From the human T2T-CHM13v2.0 reference genome, Homo sapiens: a DNA stretch of 64,000 nt. The notes beneath the pieces are model-generated. The model was not told where the DNA came from. It ran no database searches and worked only from the letters and a program-made list of their open reading frames with translations. This document shows positions 1 through 14,267 of this stretch, in pieces. The DNA lies in the NCBI RefSeq assembly GCF_009914755.1, contig NC_060931.1; one strand, 5' to 3'. The number at the start of each line of letters is the position of its first letter. Positions within the stretch are counted from its first letter, which is position 1. The position numbers and the translations under genes were made by a program.

Positions 1-190
1 GCATGTGGGTGGCTTCTACAGGCTGGAAAAGACAAGGTAACAAATTCTCTCCTAAAGTCTCCAGAAGGAATGCAGTCTTGCTGACACCTTAATTTTGGAC
101 TTCTGAATTCCAGAAATGTAGGGGATTAAATATGTGCTGTTTCATACCACTAACTGGTAATTTGTTACCCTACAATAGGAAACTAATACA
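1..190 (+). mobile_element. MaLR LTR (MLT1-type), 3' portion, cut by the window edge
   Basis: Typical MLT1 3' motifs: tctccagaaggaatgcagtc-tgctgacacctt-attttggacttctg, ending ggaaactaataca. Confidence 0.85.
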
Positions 191-199
191 TTATGTCAT

Positions 200-385
200 G
201 AAACCTCACCAGAACTCTATAGATTGGAACTCGGATTCCTCAATTTACAGATAAAGAATCAGAGTCTCAGCTAAATTAAGGAATGTATTTGTATTCAGCT
301 TCTCTTCTCTGTTGAGTGGCAAAGCTGAGATTTAAATCAAAGTCTCTCTTCCTCTGAAGCCTATACCCTTTCAGCTCTAATACTG
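200..385 (-). mobile_element. MIR SINE fragment
   Basis: MIR core-like atttacagataaagaatcagagtctcag and gctgagatttaaatc; degenerate, boundaries approximate. Confidence 0.6.
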
Positions 386-637
386 CCAGATTAGTGCAGT
401 GGTCCTGGAGTTAAGCTGTCTCTATTGGAATCCTACTTTACTACTTGCTGGGTGAAGTTAGTTAACAGCTTGGGGGAAGAATAGTACTTTTTTTTTTTTT
501 TGCGTCAGATTCATGATAAAATGAATAACAGTACTTAACCTGCATTATTGTCAAAACAATCTAAGTATTTAGCAGCATACCTTCATATCTACTGAAATAG
601 CCTGAAGGTCTTTTAAACCAGAAATGTCCAAAATTGA

Positions 638-1005
<368 letters not shown>

Positions 1006-2059
1006 AGTTCTCCATTCTTATGGCTTCATCATCTTACATTCTCTGCATCTCGTCTTCTCTTCTGACCTCCTACTAGATACTTTGTTATCCATGACGCCCC
1101 CTTCTGCTGCACACACATGCTAGAAATCTAATTGTTCACATGTGAAATTCTTCACTTGGAATCCAAATATAGTTATCATGTCTCATTTATATGGTCACAC
1201 CTCTCCCCCGCTTCTCTCTCCCACAGTCTAGAGGACCCTCCCGCTGTTATTAACAGTATTTTCAACATCTCAGTCTTTACCTTCCCCTTGATATTGTCGA
1301 AGATAATTTTCTTCAAGAGGATTCAATTTACTTTTGCTTTCAAATGCTAGATGCCTCACTGCCCTTTATGTTGGTGCTGAAGAGAGGCCTGGTGCTTGTT
1401 TGCTCTGCAGTGATGCTATTACTGGTTTAGTCCCAACACAGGTCACACGTGCCTCTGGGCTCCTGCTTCAGGGTGATAGCTTCACTGGTTCACATCATCA
1501 TGCTCAGCCATTGTTTCCTAGAACTGCACACAAAAGACAGAGCGGTGGGTCCTGAATGGTCACAGTCTTAACCCTTGTCTCTTCTAGAGCCAATCAGAGC
1601 CAACCCTTAAGTTCCAGTTCTGAGTCTAAGAAACAATGCAGGTACACATCCCCATCCCCAATTTTTGGTGAGTTCCATTTTAGAGCCCTTTCCTTTCTTT
1701 AGATTCCATTCTGGTCCACAGTGCCAGAGCTTCTGATATTTGATCAGTGTAAAATAGATCAACACTTCATTCCTAAGATGTTCAAGGTTGTATTCAGAGA
1801 AATTCCGCATTCTTTATATATGATATCTTCAACAATTTTTTTTCTTACACTTCTTATGCACACCAAGAGATATTCAAGAAGAGTAGCTAAAATAAGCCAA
1901 ATAAATGATCCTATCAAAACTTTCTGGGGACGGTGGTTACCTAGTCACCTTATACAAAATCCCATAAAAAAAATCTGCTCTAAGGTTACATACATTTCCA
2001 AATATGGACAATAAATAGGTGACAAGGTTTCTAAAACTGAGCCTTATTAGGCATTCTGT

Positions 2060-2300
2060 TTCACCTTGTCACTGTATCACCCAGCTCTGATCTCTTTCTT
2101 CACTGTCATATTCTTCATTCAAGTTTGCCTCACCTCTCACTTAAGAATTGCCTCAGCTCCTAGCCAATCATCTTGCCTCCAGACTCTCCCTTTTTTTGTC
2201 TACCCACTACTTTAACAGTTCTCGAAACAAACATAATGGATTATTTGCTTTTTTGTTTAAAAGCCCTTTTTTACTTCTCATTACTTCTGGAATCAATTCC
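2060..2300 (+). mobile_element. L2 fragment
   Basis: cacctctcactt...ctcctagccaatcatcttgcctccagactctccc resembles the L2 3' region; very degenerate. Confidence 0.4.
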
Positions 2301-3152
2301 AACTTACTTCAATTTATTCAAGACAAGGTCCTCTAGAAAGGGGCTACAACATAACTTTCTACTGTTAGCTCCCAGGACCATCATCCTCAGATACCCATAT
2401 CTCCTTCTATGTACTAAAATCCATTTTCTCCAAAGTATGTATATAGTAATAAAAATCTACTTTTAAGACGGAAAAGAAGGCAAGTCCTTTCTTTCTACAT
2501 TGGTAGTTTACATATTTTATGAGATAATTAACATATGGATTTCATATGTAGGTTAAAATGCGTTCAGGATGAAACACTGAGTTTTACTTGACAAAAGGTA
2601 TTGTGAATTGGTGTTTCTCAAAATTCAAATTTTATGAATAGTACAGTGAAACAGTAAACATGTTCTAAGGCTGTGTTTAACATTGAAGGTTGAGAGTTCT
2701 AATTTATTTTGAGATTACGAAAAAGATGTATATTTAAAATACTTATTTTAGAACAAGATTGGCTGGCATACTTTATGTATACAGATTTAGAATTTTGTAA
2801 ATTCATATGATACAGCAATAAGATTGTGAATGAACAAAGATGTTAGTTCAGTGCACATTTTTCTTTAGATTGTTTTATTTGATTCTAGGATTTTTAAAAA
2901 TTGGCAATCGTTACACATGATGAACTATTCAGACCCCTTAAAAACATATTTAAATGGAATGAATAAAACTATGGATATTGCATTCCTATTAGATTTTACT
3001 TGCTTTAAAAAAGCATGTAGAACAAAATATATTCAAAGATTTACATAAGCCAGAAACTTAAGAAATAGTTTAAGATTAAAGACTATTTCAAATAGACAGT
3101 ATTTTTCCATTTGATCTATTAAATTTTCAACAATAAATTTCAATTAAATTTG

Positions 3153-3330
3153 GTCATTCCAAAAACATTGGTCAAGCATCTAGTATGTGTCAGGCACTGT
3201 GATCAATATTGGGGAAAAGAGAAAAAAAAATCTCTTTATTATTGAGGAGTATGCAGTATACTCCCATGTGGGTTTAGACAGATATTTGAACAAATATTCA
3301 TAATATAAACTAATAATTCCTATAATAGAA
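3153..3330 (-). mobile_element. L2 3' end fragment
   Basis: tcattcc...aagcatctagtatgtgtcaggcactgtg is the reverse complement of the L2 tail. Confidence 0.6.
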
Positions 3331-4247
3331 TGATATAAAAAGTATTTATGCAATCTCTTTTGTACTTTAGATGGCCATCATATTTTTGTTTCTTTCCTAT
3401 TAAGTTAATGGAAATAAATTACAATGCAAAGAAGATTAGTTGTGTTATTGAATTGACCCACGGAAAAAAAAACATTATACAGAATTGCTCTGCTTGTTGC
3501 TTATGTTCAAGGCAAACAAAGGTAAAATATTATATTTAAAATAGCCGTAGTACATACAGAATTCTCAAAAAGTAATTTAATGATAAATACTTCTAGAAGT
3601 AGTGACCTCCTATTTTCAATATAGCATTTATATACTCTATTTTAATTTGCTTTTTCAAGTTATTAGTGGCTTTTTCAGCCATTATCCAGACTAATTTTGG
3701 TACATAAAAGGTATAATCACAGTGAAAATTGACTTTTTTATTCAACAGAAAAAAAGTGTTGTGAGCTATTTTCCGTATAATTCATTAAAATTATAACTTA
3801 ACAGTTTTCCCTTTTCAATATTCTTTCAAAGTTAGCATTTCAGTCTAAAATAAAAGTGAGCATGTAGGACATTAATTGTACTTGTCTGAAATGTAGTTAT
3901 CTAAACTAAAGGCTTTAAAAGAATTATTTTCCATTCCATATATTAAAAATTCATCTTCTCAACTCATTTAATTACTGAGAATTTTCAAGGACTTTTAAAT
4001 TATGTTTCCATAAAATTCACCACATCTTAGGATGAGTGTTTATTTCTTATTCCATGAAACGTCCATTATCAGCATAAACCAAGCTTGCAAATTAGAAATA
4101 GTAAAAACAACTTTACTATTTGCATTCCATTATCCTTGTACATGGTTTTAGGCTTAACTAGAGAAGGTATCTGCAGTTCTCTTGATAATTTTTTTTCTCT
4201 GCCATCACTCATCTAGATATTTATGTGATCTTAAAGTGGTTATATTA

Positions 4248-4288
4248 GAGAGAGAAAGAGAGAGAGAGAGAAAGAGAGAAAAAAAAGA
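4248..4288. repeat. (GA)n / GA-rich microsatellite
   Basis: agagagagaaagagagagagagaaagagagaaaa seen directly. Confidence 0.85.
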
Positions 4289-7200
4289 GTACTGGTTTTG
4301 GTTAGATTTGATCCAAAGACAAATTTTTAGAAAATGAAGCTAGAAGCTAGGGGTCTTGAATAAATTGGCCTCACGATACATAGTTAAGCTGAAAAGATTT
4401 AGAATTTGAATTCACATATAATATTTACTATTGTTGGAATAATTATAATGAGCACTTAGAGATATGTTTTCTTTTGATAAGCTTTGTCCATGTATCCCAA
4501 TTAATGCTGGCTTGGTATGATACTAAAACCTAAAATAACTTATTTTGAGCCTATGTCCTTATTACAATTCTAGAGGAAGCCTCTTATAAAATGTGATTAG
4601 AACACAGTCATCAAAGCAGGGGATCATTTAAAAAATGATACATGCAAAACTTAGATATTCTAACTTTAGTCATAATTGCATAGATATTACAACATTCATC
4701 ATTCTTTTGATTTAGCTCTAAACCCGATACACTTTCTCTTTAGTTTGGGGGACTCACAAAGACTTTCTTGACTAAGCCACATACCTCATACATTGTATAT
4801 AAATTTTCATTTTGATTTTTTAGAGTGGGATACATGACTATTAGAATCAATTTTAAGATACAATCCTAAGTTTTTATTATTTCCCAAAACATTTCATAGT
4901 TGTCTTATGCATATCTGTTTTTCCAGCAGCGCATCTCTATAGAGACTTCCCAAAGCATTCAAATTAATACCCTAGAGCTATTACTTCCATTTCTCGTTCT
5001 AGTACATTTGCTCACTTTACAAATAAATTATTTAAGCACAATAAAAGAAAAATTGGTAATTTATTTGGGGAAACAGAGGCTACTGATTCTGGATGCCCAA
5101 AACTCACTTTGGAGTAAGTGAGCATCAGTGAGTATATAACATTTTTTCTTTCCTGAATAAATACATTAAAAAGAGGCATTTTTATGTTAAGCAAAAGTTA
5201 ATGTGTTGAGTCCATTAAAGAGATAATGATTAATTTTTTTCAGGAGCTTAGATTTTAAAATATATGTTTATAAGAGAAAATGTAATTTCCTAACTCTTTC
5301 TACTTTAAATATAATCAATTCTGAAAGTAAATATATTTAAATACACTATGTTATAAATGAAAGTTTATTTAAATGCATAAAACTGTGCCTACATTATTTT
5401 AAAATATGGATACGTATCTATTTTTGAGATTCAGTAAAAATAAGAAACAAATGCAGTAAATTCCAAGATGGCATTTGCTATTTTTCAGCACAAATAAAAC
5501 TATGCAAATTTTCTGTTTCAAACGTAAAATGCCAGTTTTTGATTTTATTTATGTTATTATTTTTTAAAATTTCAACTTTTATTTTACATATGGGAGTACG
5601 TGTGCAGGTTTGTTACATGGATATATTGCATGATGCTGAGGTTTAAGGTATGGATCCTGTCAAACAAGTAATAAGCATAGTACCCAATAGATAGTTTTTC
5701 AACCCATCACCCTTCCCCCTTCCTCCCCCCTCTAATAGTCTCCAGTGTTAATTGATTCCATCTTTACGTCCACATGTGCTCAATGTTGCTCCCACTTACA
5801 ACTGAGAAAATGTGGTAGTTGCTTTTCTGTTCCTGCATTAATTGTCTTAGGGGATTATGGCCTCCAGTTCCAACCATATTGCTGCAAAGGACATATGGTT
5901 TCATTCTTTTTAATGGCTGTATAGTATTCTTCCATAGTGTATCTGTACCACGTTTTCTTTATCCAGTCCACCATTGATGGGCACCTAGCTTGATTCCATA
6001 TCTTTGTGATTGTGAATAGAACTGTGATGAATATGCACATGCATGTGTCTTTTTGGTGTAACAATTTATTTTCCTTTGGGTATATACCCAGTACTGGGAT
6101 TGCTGTGTTGAATCGTAGTTCTGTTGGAAGTTATTTGAGAAATCTCCAAAACTGCTTTTCACAGTGGCTGAACTGCTTTACATTCCCATCAACAGTGTAA
6201 AATCATTCCCTTTTCTCCATAGCCTCGCCAGCATCTGTTATTTTTTGACTTTTTATTAATAGCCATTCTGAGTAGTGTGAGATGGTATCTCATTGTTATT
6301 TTGATTTGCACTTCCCTGATGATTAGTGACGATGACAATTTTTTCATGTCTGTTGGCCACTTGCATGTCTTCTTTTGAGAAGTATCCGTCCATGCCCTTC
6401 GCCCTTTTTTAATGAGTTATTTGGTTTTTTGTTTGTTGCTTTAAGCTCCTTATGGACTCTGGATATTAGACCTTGTTGATGCATAGTTTGTGAATATTTT
6501 CTGCCATTCTGTAGGTTTTCTGTTTACTCTGCTGATAGTTTCTATTGTTGTGCAGAAGCTCAGAAAAAGAGCTTAACTAGGTCCCACTTGTCAATATTTG
6601 GTTTTGTTGCAATTGCTTTTGGGGCTTAGCCAAAAATTCTTTGCCATGGCTGATGTCAAGATGGGTATTTCTTAGCTTTTCTTCTAGGATTCTTATAGTT
6701 TGAGGTCTTATATTTAAATCTTTAATCCATCTTGACTTAATTTTTGTATGTGGTAAAAGATAGGGCTCCAGTTTCATTCTTCTGCATTTGGCTAGTCAGG
6801 TATCCCAACAACATTTATTCAACAGGGAGTCCTTTCCCCATTGCTAATTTTTGTCAGCCTTGTCAAAGATCAGATAGTTTTAGGTGTGTGGACTTATTTC
6901 TGAGTTTTATATTCTGTTCCACTGGTCTATGTGTTCATTTTTGTAACAGTGCCATGCTGTTTTGGTTCCTGTAGCCTTATAGCATAGTTTGAAGTTGGAG
7001 AGTGTGATGCTTCCAGCTTTTAATACTATTGCTTAGGATTGCTTTGGCTATTCAGGCCTTTTTTGGTTCCACATGAATTAAAAAATTTTTTTTCTAATTC
7101 TGTGAAAAATTACATTGATAGCTTGATAGAAATGGCATTGAATCTGTAAATTGCTTTGGGTAGTATGGCAATTTTAATTATATTGATTCTTCCAATCCAT

Positions 7201-7972
7201 GAGCATGGAATATTTTTTATTTATTTGTGTCATCTCTGATTTCTTTCAGCAGTCTTTTGTAGTCCCTTTGTAGAGAATTTTCATCTCTTTGGTTAGCTGT
7301 ATTTCAAGGTATTTTATTTTACTTTTTGCTATTGTAAATGGGATTGTGTTCTTAATTTAACTCTCAGCCTGGATATTATTGGTACGTAGAAATGCTACTG
7401 ATTTTTATACGTTGATTTTGTATCCTGGAACATTACAAAAGATGTGTATCAGTTCTAGGAGTCTTTTGCGAGTTTTTAGGGTTTTCCATGTATAGAATTA
7501 TTTTATCAGTGAAAAGAGATAGTTTGACGTCTTCTTTTCCTATTTGGATGCCTTTTATTTCTTTCTCTTAACTTACTGCTCTGGCAAGGACTTGCAGTCC
7601 TATGTTGAATAGGAGTGGTGAGAGTAGGCATCCTTGTCTTGTTCCAGTTCTCAAGGGAAATGTTTCCAACTTTTGCCTGTTTAGTATAATGTTAGCTTTT
7701 GGTATGTTGTATATGGCTCTTGTTATTTTGAGTCATCTTCCTTTGACACCTAGCCTGTTAAGGGTTTTTATCATGAAGGGATGTTGGATTTTATCAAATG
7801 CTTTTCCTGTGTCTATTGAGATAATCATAAGGTTTTTGCTTTTAATCCTGTGTATGTGCTGAATCACAGTTATTTATTTGCATATGTAGAACCAACCTTG
7901 CATCCCAGAGGTAAAGCCTACTTGATTGTGGCGAATTAACTTTTTGATGTGCTGTTGAATACAGTATGCTAG

Positions 7973-8277
<305 letters not shown>

Positions 8278-9719
8278 ATAGTTTGCTAGTTTTTTGATAA
8301 GTATTTTTGCATCTATGTTCATCAGGGATGTTGGCCTAAAGTTTTCATTTTTTGGTGTGTCTCTGCCAGATTTTGGTATTGGATGCTGGCTTCATAGAAT
8401 GAGTTAGGGATAAGCTCCTTCTCCCTGACAATTTGAAATAGTTTCAGTGGGACTCGTAGCAGTTCCTCTTTGTAAATCTAGTAGAATTCAGCTGTTAATC
8501 CATTTGGGTTGAGGCTTTTTTTTTTTTTTTTGGGGTTGATAGTTTTTTTTTTTAATTACTGATTCAATTTCAGAATTCAGTATTGGTCTATTCAGGGTTT
8601 CAATTTCTTCCTGATTAAATCTGGAAGATTGTGTGTTTCCAGGAATTTATCCATTTTCTCTAGATTTTCTGATTTGTTGCATATAGAATTGTTTGTAGTA
8701 GTCTGAAGATCTTTTGTATTTCTGTAGAATGGGTTGTAATATTTGTCATTTCTGATTGTACTTATTTGGATCTTTTTTTTCTTTGTTTCTCTAGCTCACA
8801 GTCTATCAACCGTTTTTGTTCTTTTGAAGAACTGTTGATTTCACTGATGTTTTGTGTGAATTTTTACATCTCAATTTTGTTCAGTTATTCTCCACTTTTA
8901 GTTATTTCTTATCCTGGGATTGGTTTGTTCTTTTCTTCTAGTTCCTTTAGGTGCAAAGTTCAGTTGTTAACTTGAGATCTTTCTAACTTCTTGATGAAGG
9001 CAGTTAGCACTAAAAATTCCCTGTTAGCACTGCCCAGAGATTTTGGTAAGTTGTGTCCCTATTTTCATTAATTTCAAAGAATTTTTAAATTTCTGCCTTA
9101 ATTGTAATGTTCACCCAGGAGTTATTCAGGAGCAAGTTGTTTAATTTCCATGTGTTTATGTAGTTTTGGGAGATCTTCTTGATTTTGCTTTCTATTTTTG
9201 TATTATGGTCTGAGGGTAGGCTTGGTATGAATTATATTCTGTTGAATTTATTGAGATTTGGTTTATTACCAAGCATGTGGTCAATCTTAGGATATGTTCC
9301 ATGTGCAGATGAAAATAATGTATATTCTGGTTGTTGGGTGGAGTGTTCTATAGGTGTCTACTAGTTCTAATTGGTCAGGTGTTGAGTTTAAGTCTAGAGT
9401 TTCTTTGCTAGTTTTCTGCCTCAACAATGTATATAATGCTGTTAATGGTGTGTTAAAGTTTCCCACTATTATTGTATAGCTGTTTAAGTCTTTTCATAGG
9501 TCAAGAAGAATTCATTTTATAAATCTGAGTGCTCTGATGTTGGGTTCATTTATATTTAGGATAATTAATTCTTCTTGTTGAATTGTACCCTTTGTCATTA
9601 TATAATGGCTTTCTTTGTCCTTCTTAATTGTTATAGGCTTACAGTCTGTTTTATCTGATATAAGAATAGTGACTCTTGGTCTTTTTTGTTTTCCATTTGC
9701 ATGATAGATATTTAACTTC

Positions 9720-9812
9720 ATGTCCACTACAAATTTGGTTTTACCCATATATTTCATATTTTTACTATTAGCTGTCTTTTTATAAATAATTGCCTCCTTA
9801 ATGCAGTTTTAA
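9720..9812 (+). repeat. 93-bp dispersed duplicate of 12486-12578 embedded in L1
   Basis: Ungapped manual alignment, 81/93 identical. Confidence 0.9.
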
Positions 9813-10149
9813 ACATAATAATTGTTTAGAGAAGCCTGTGGGTGTTGTTATGTGTGAGATAGGTCCCTCGAAGATAGCACAAGGTTGAGTCTTGTCTTTT
9901 TATCCAGTTCTTCACTCTATGTTTTTTAACTGGTGTGTTTTGCCCATTTAAATTCAGAGTTAATATTAATATGTGACTTGTTTATGTCATCATCTTGTTA
10001 GCTGATTGTTATGTAGACTTGATTTTGTAGATGTGTGATTTTAAAAGTCATTTAGTTTTTGTATAATTAAATACATGACTGCTTCTACTGCTACTAAGGA
10101 GAACAACAGAAGCTAACATTGCTATAGCATTTAAACTAATTTAAATCTA

Positions 10150-10345
10150 ATTTAAACTAATTTAATCCCTTATGATAATTTTATGAGTGAGGTACTATTA
10201 CTATGACCATTTTGTAGATGATGAAACTGAAGCACGGACTAACTAAGTAGCCCAAAGTTTGGGGCCTTTAACTTTGTAAGTGGTAGAGGCAACATTTAAA
10301 ATGAGGGAGCATGGCTTCATCATGTTCTAAGCCATTACCACATTT
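10150..10345 (-). mobile_element. MIR SINE
   Basis: Core ccattttgtagatgatgaaactgaagcac...gcccaaag...gtaagtggtagagg. Confidence 0.75.
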
Positions 10346-10850
10346 TTACAAAATATGGAAGCAAATTCCATGTGTTTGAATTTTAACTTCCAATTGTCTT
10401 CTACCAAACTTGTATTTACTAAAAAGATTAATTTTAATCACCTACTAAATAAATCCATGCTAGCCGACTTAATTCATTCAGTCAGAAAAATCAGGTTGTT
10501 TAGTAAGAGAGCTGGTTTAACTTTAATTTTTTAAAACTGTATTGACTATTTGACTAAATTGGCTGGGACTACATGCAAAAACAACTTTGTTATGAATTAG
10601 AAGCTTGGGAACAAGCATTCTTGCTGAGATTCCTTAGTTAGTCAGTTAATCAATAACATTTACCAAATGCACTCTGAGGGGTTGGGAAGGTGAAAAAGAT
10701 ATATTAGACATGTAGTCTCAGACGATAAAGTAATTACAATCTAGTAGGAAACTTATATTCTTGATCTCTAAACATTTGAATTTGATGGTTGATTGGTGAT
10801 ATTATTCTGAGATCTTTAAGATACATTACACAGATCATATTTTTAAATAA

Positions 10851-10889
10851 TTTTTTTATTTTACTTTAAGTTTTAGGGTATATGTGCAT
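10851..10889 (-). mobile_element. Very short L1PA 3'-terminal fragment
   Basis: ttttattttactttaagttttagggtatatgtgca matches the L1PA extreme 3' end. Confidence 0.55.
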
Positions 10890-12485
10890 GCTGAAACGTA
10901 ATGTGTATATGTGTTATACTCTGGTTGTTTTTCTACTTGTTTGATCCTGTTTTTTTTAATGAATGATAGTTACTCCCAGAAAAATAATGAACACCTGTAC
11001 ATATAATTTGAAAAAGTAACACATATTGTACCTTTTCTTTCACAGATGACTAAAACAATAAAATTAAACTTAGACAAGCACATCTTTTATTATGAATAAA
11101 CGTTGTTGAGAATGGGTTTCAAACTGACCAAAAATACTTCTACCTTCGTTTACATATTCATGCATCATTTTCAAAGAATATTTGCAAGAACTTGAGAGAA
11201 TCTTCCCAGTGTTTTTTTAAAAAAATTGAACCACTTTTTCTTTTAATGCTGACTTAGTAATACTTTCAAACACCCCCACCCACATTTGACTTTAGAGAAG
11301 ACGTTTTAGAAGAAGGGGAACATTTTTTGCTCACTGCAAGTGTCATCTGACTATTTTTAAAGATTTATTCATCATTCATTCAAGGTAGCATAATGTCATG
11401 AGAATGCCAGCTTTGAAATTAGTAATCTGTCATGTCTTCTACTGGCCACTCTTGCAGTTTGATTAGATGCAAGTTTGCTTCTCTTTGAACATTTCAGTTT
11501 ATTTTTTCTAAGAAATGATTATATTGTTCAAGATAAAGTATAAAATTATGTAGCTATCAGGAGTATTTATTGAGATATATACCACTGCAGATGTGAGAAA
11601 TTAAAACATTTTTATGGCAAGTATCTTGACCTGAAAAAGCTTACTACTTACTGAAGATAGATGGAAAAAATCAATCTTTATTTTTAAGAAATTACTATTC
11701 AACCTAATTGATGAGTAAGCCTATGGCAGATATTGGTGCATATTAAATACAGGTATTCTCAGAAGAGTTACAGAACCCCAAACCAAATTGTTCCCTCCCT
11801 ATATGGTCTTCAGTTGTAGTTTTTGCTTTCCGTTAGGAAGATGATTATAATTTAAAACATGTTCATCTTATGAAAAACTGTTTTTCCTCATCTGCATGAG
11901 AAGATTAACAAAGGTGAAGAATACTGTTTCTATGACACTTGTAGGTGCCTATATTCCAATTGCTAATTATTTTTCAATCTGATGGAAATGCGTAAGGATG
12001 AAAGAGCTGTGTTGCTAGAGTGTGTTTCATTTTGCTTCAGTAAGCACTGAAAAGGCAGAAGATGGCAGGGTAGGTCTTTAAATAGGTGATTTAAAAAAAA
12101 TCTTCCTCTTTGTTTTTCTTCTCCTAAAATTACAGAGCAGACTTCATTTTATTTCCTAGTAAATATTCCACTGCCAGAGTTAGCTCATGTTTTGTTATTA
12201 ACTCAAGTTGTTCACCAGTTTGCTTGTTCAACTTTCTCTAATTCAGGAGATTTTATGTCGCACAGGCTTGGAGTTTTCTTGATTGCCTTGTTAATGCTCT
12301 TATTTCCTAGCAATCAATTTAGTTTGATTGATATTTGTTATGCAGCCTAGTTAGTTCCTTCACTTGAATTTCATTTACAGGTTTTTTTTTTTAACTTACT
12401 TCCTTAGCAATCAGTTTGTCTTGATTGCTATTTACTTCCTGACTTCTTGATATTGCAAGACTGCATAAACGTCCTAATTACCTTT

Positions 12486-12578
12486 ATGTCCACTGCAAAT
12501 TTAGTTTTACTCACATATTTCATATTTCTGTTATTAGCTGCCTTTTGGTAAATAATAGCCTCTTTAATGCAGTTTTAA
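12486..12578 (+). repeat. Probable donor copy of the 93-bp duplicate
   Basis: Matches 9720-9812 and sits in non-L1 context. Confidence 0.85.
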
Positions 12579-14267
12579 TGCATTTGTTGTGAATATAGAC
12601 AATGGTTTGAATGTATATTTGCTTACTTCTAACTTAGAACATAAAACATGTATATATTATCATGAGATACATTATAACTATTATAAAAACAATCACATTA
12701 GATTTAAAAACATAACCAGGGCAAAAAGTGAATAGGTACATACAGGTAAACTGTGGAGACAGCCTTAGGCTCCCTTAGAACACAGCAAGCTTAACCTGAA
12801 CATCAGGTTTATCTCTCACCATTGGGAATTAAAAAACACAAAATACCAAACAAAAACTAGGTCACTAATAATGTTCTCTGTTTCTGAGAGTAATTTCAGA
12901 CAGCACTGATAAACTGAATAATGTCTTCAGTATTTCCGAGAGCCTGAAGCAAACGTCTCCCAATTTAAATTGCTTCAAGGTGAAGCAGAAACTTCCTTGG
13001 AATGCCATATTTCTAATAGTTCCCTAAGAAAGGTAATTAAGTGTCTATTAGATTAGAAAAAACTGCTTTGCTTAATTCTATGAACCGTTGTATTTATTTT
13101 AATAAATATTTTAACCATCAAATAATCCTACAATGTCTTAAAAACATGAAAAATTAATTCTCTAGAGGGCCCCATTCAGTGGCTGGTAAATAGTAGATGC
13201 TCATTCAATGTAGATAAACTGTTCTTGGATCTATTTTACAATTTAAGACACTCAAGCTGTGAATCTTTGCATGTTCCTTCTCCACATTTAGGTGAGAGAA
13301 TGTTTCATCTGCTCTCTACCTTAAGCAGACTGTTGTATAATCCTGCCTTCTGCTCAATATTTATGGAGACTAGATCCAATGCAAGCGTGATTGAAGAATC
13401 GTAAGGGAAGATGTTCTGCAAAATGAGAGCCATGTCTCTACATCTAGTAATGTTATCAGTAGTTGTAAAACTCACAATATTCTTCCAGCAAGCCTTTCTG
13501 CATGCCAGAGTATGCAGGTGCCATAAGAGCTAAAAAGTTTCAAATTTAAGAGTAATAAATAATTGTATCATTGAAGTAACTTTAGAATAGAGGCGATAGG
13601 TTAACTGGCATTTGTATTAGGAAATAAGAGGGTGGTCAAATAATCAGAGAAAACTTAGAGAATGTGATTTGTTGTTTTCAATCAGGTCTTGAAGAAGCTT
13701 ATGAATGATTTGGTATTAAAGAAAAGAACAGTGAAACAATGTTAGGATAACAGTTTATCTGAAGGCCGAGAGGTTAAAGTGGGCACAAGAGCCTAAAATA
13801 CAGGAATTTATGTAAGTGCGAAAGGACATTTGCAGAAAGGTTCAGAATCATTCCCTAAGTAGGATTTTACCTTAATCAACAATAAAATGATGCTTTTTTT
13901 AATGACATTTAAAGCTTTGTAGTGTATGAATGTTTCTTACATCTCTTGCCTCTTGAAAGAAATATTTTTGCCTACACTCTACCATTCAAATTCTAGTCAT
14001 TCTCTAAGGCCCAGTACAAATGTATATATCATTATATAAGTAGTTATAATATTATATCTTATTTATATGATTTATATATATTTATATTATTCTTATGTAT
14101 TTATATTTATACCAACATTATTTTTATATAATTTATATATTTCTTAAACTTCTTTTCACCTAATATATTGTAAGGCTACACCACCAGCACAGAGCGATAT
14201 CTCTTTCTGGATCTCTCAGCAATTAATCATTTATTCTATTGATGCAAGCTTTTAGTTTTGTTGTTAT

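Noticed and set aside
10130-10165. Short (tttaaactaa)-type tandem repeat and similar micro-duplications (about 58972, about 63190)
   Set aside because: Ordinary slippage products
11030-11100. Acceptor cttttctttcacAG|ATG followed by AATAAA motifs (terminal exon?)
   Set aside because: Such motifs are frequent in AT-rich DNA and there is no supporting context
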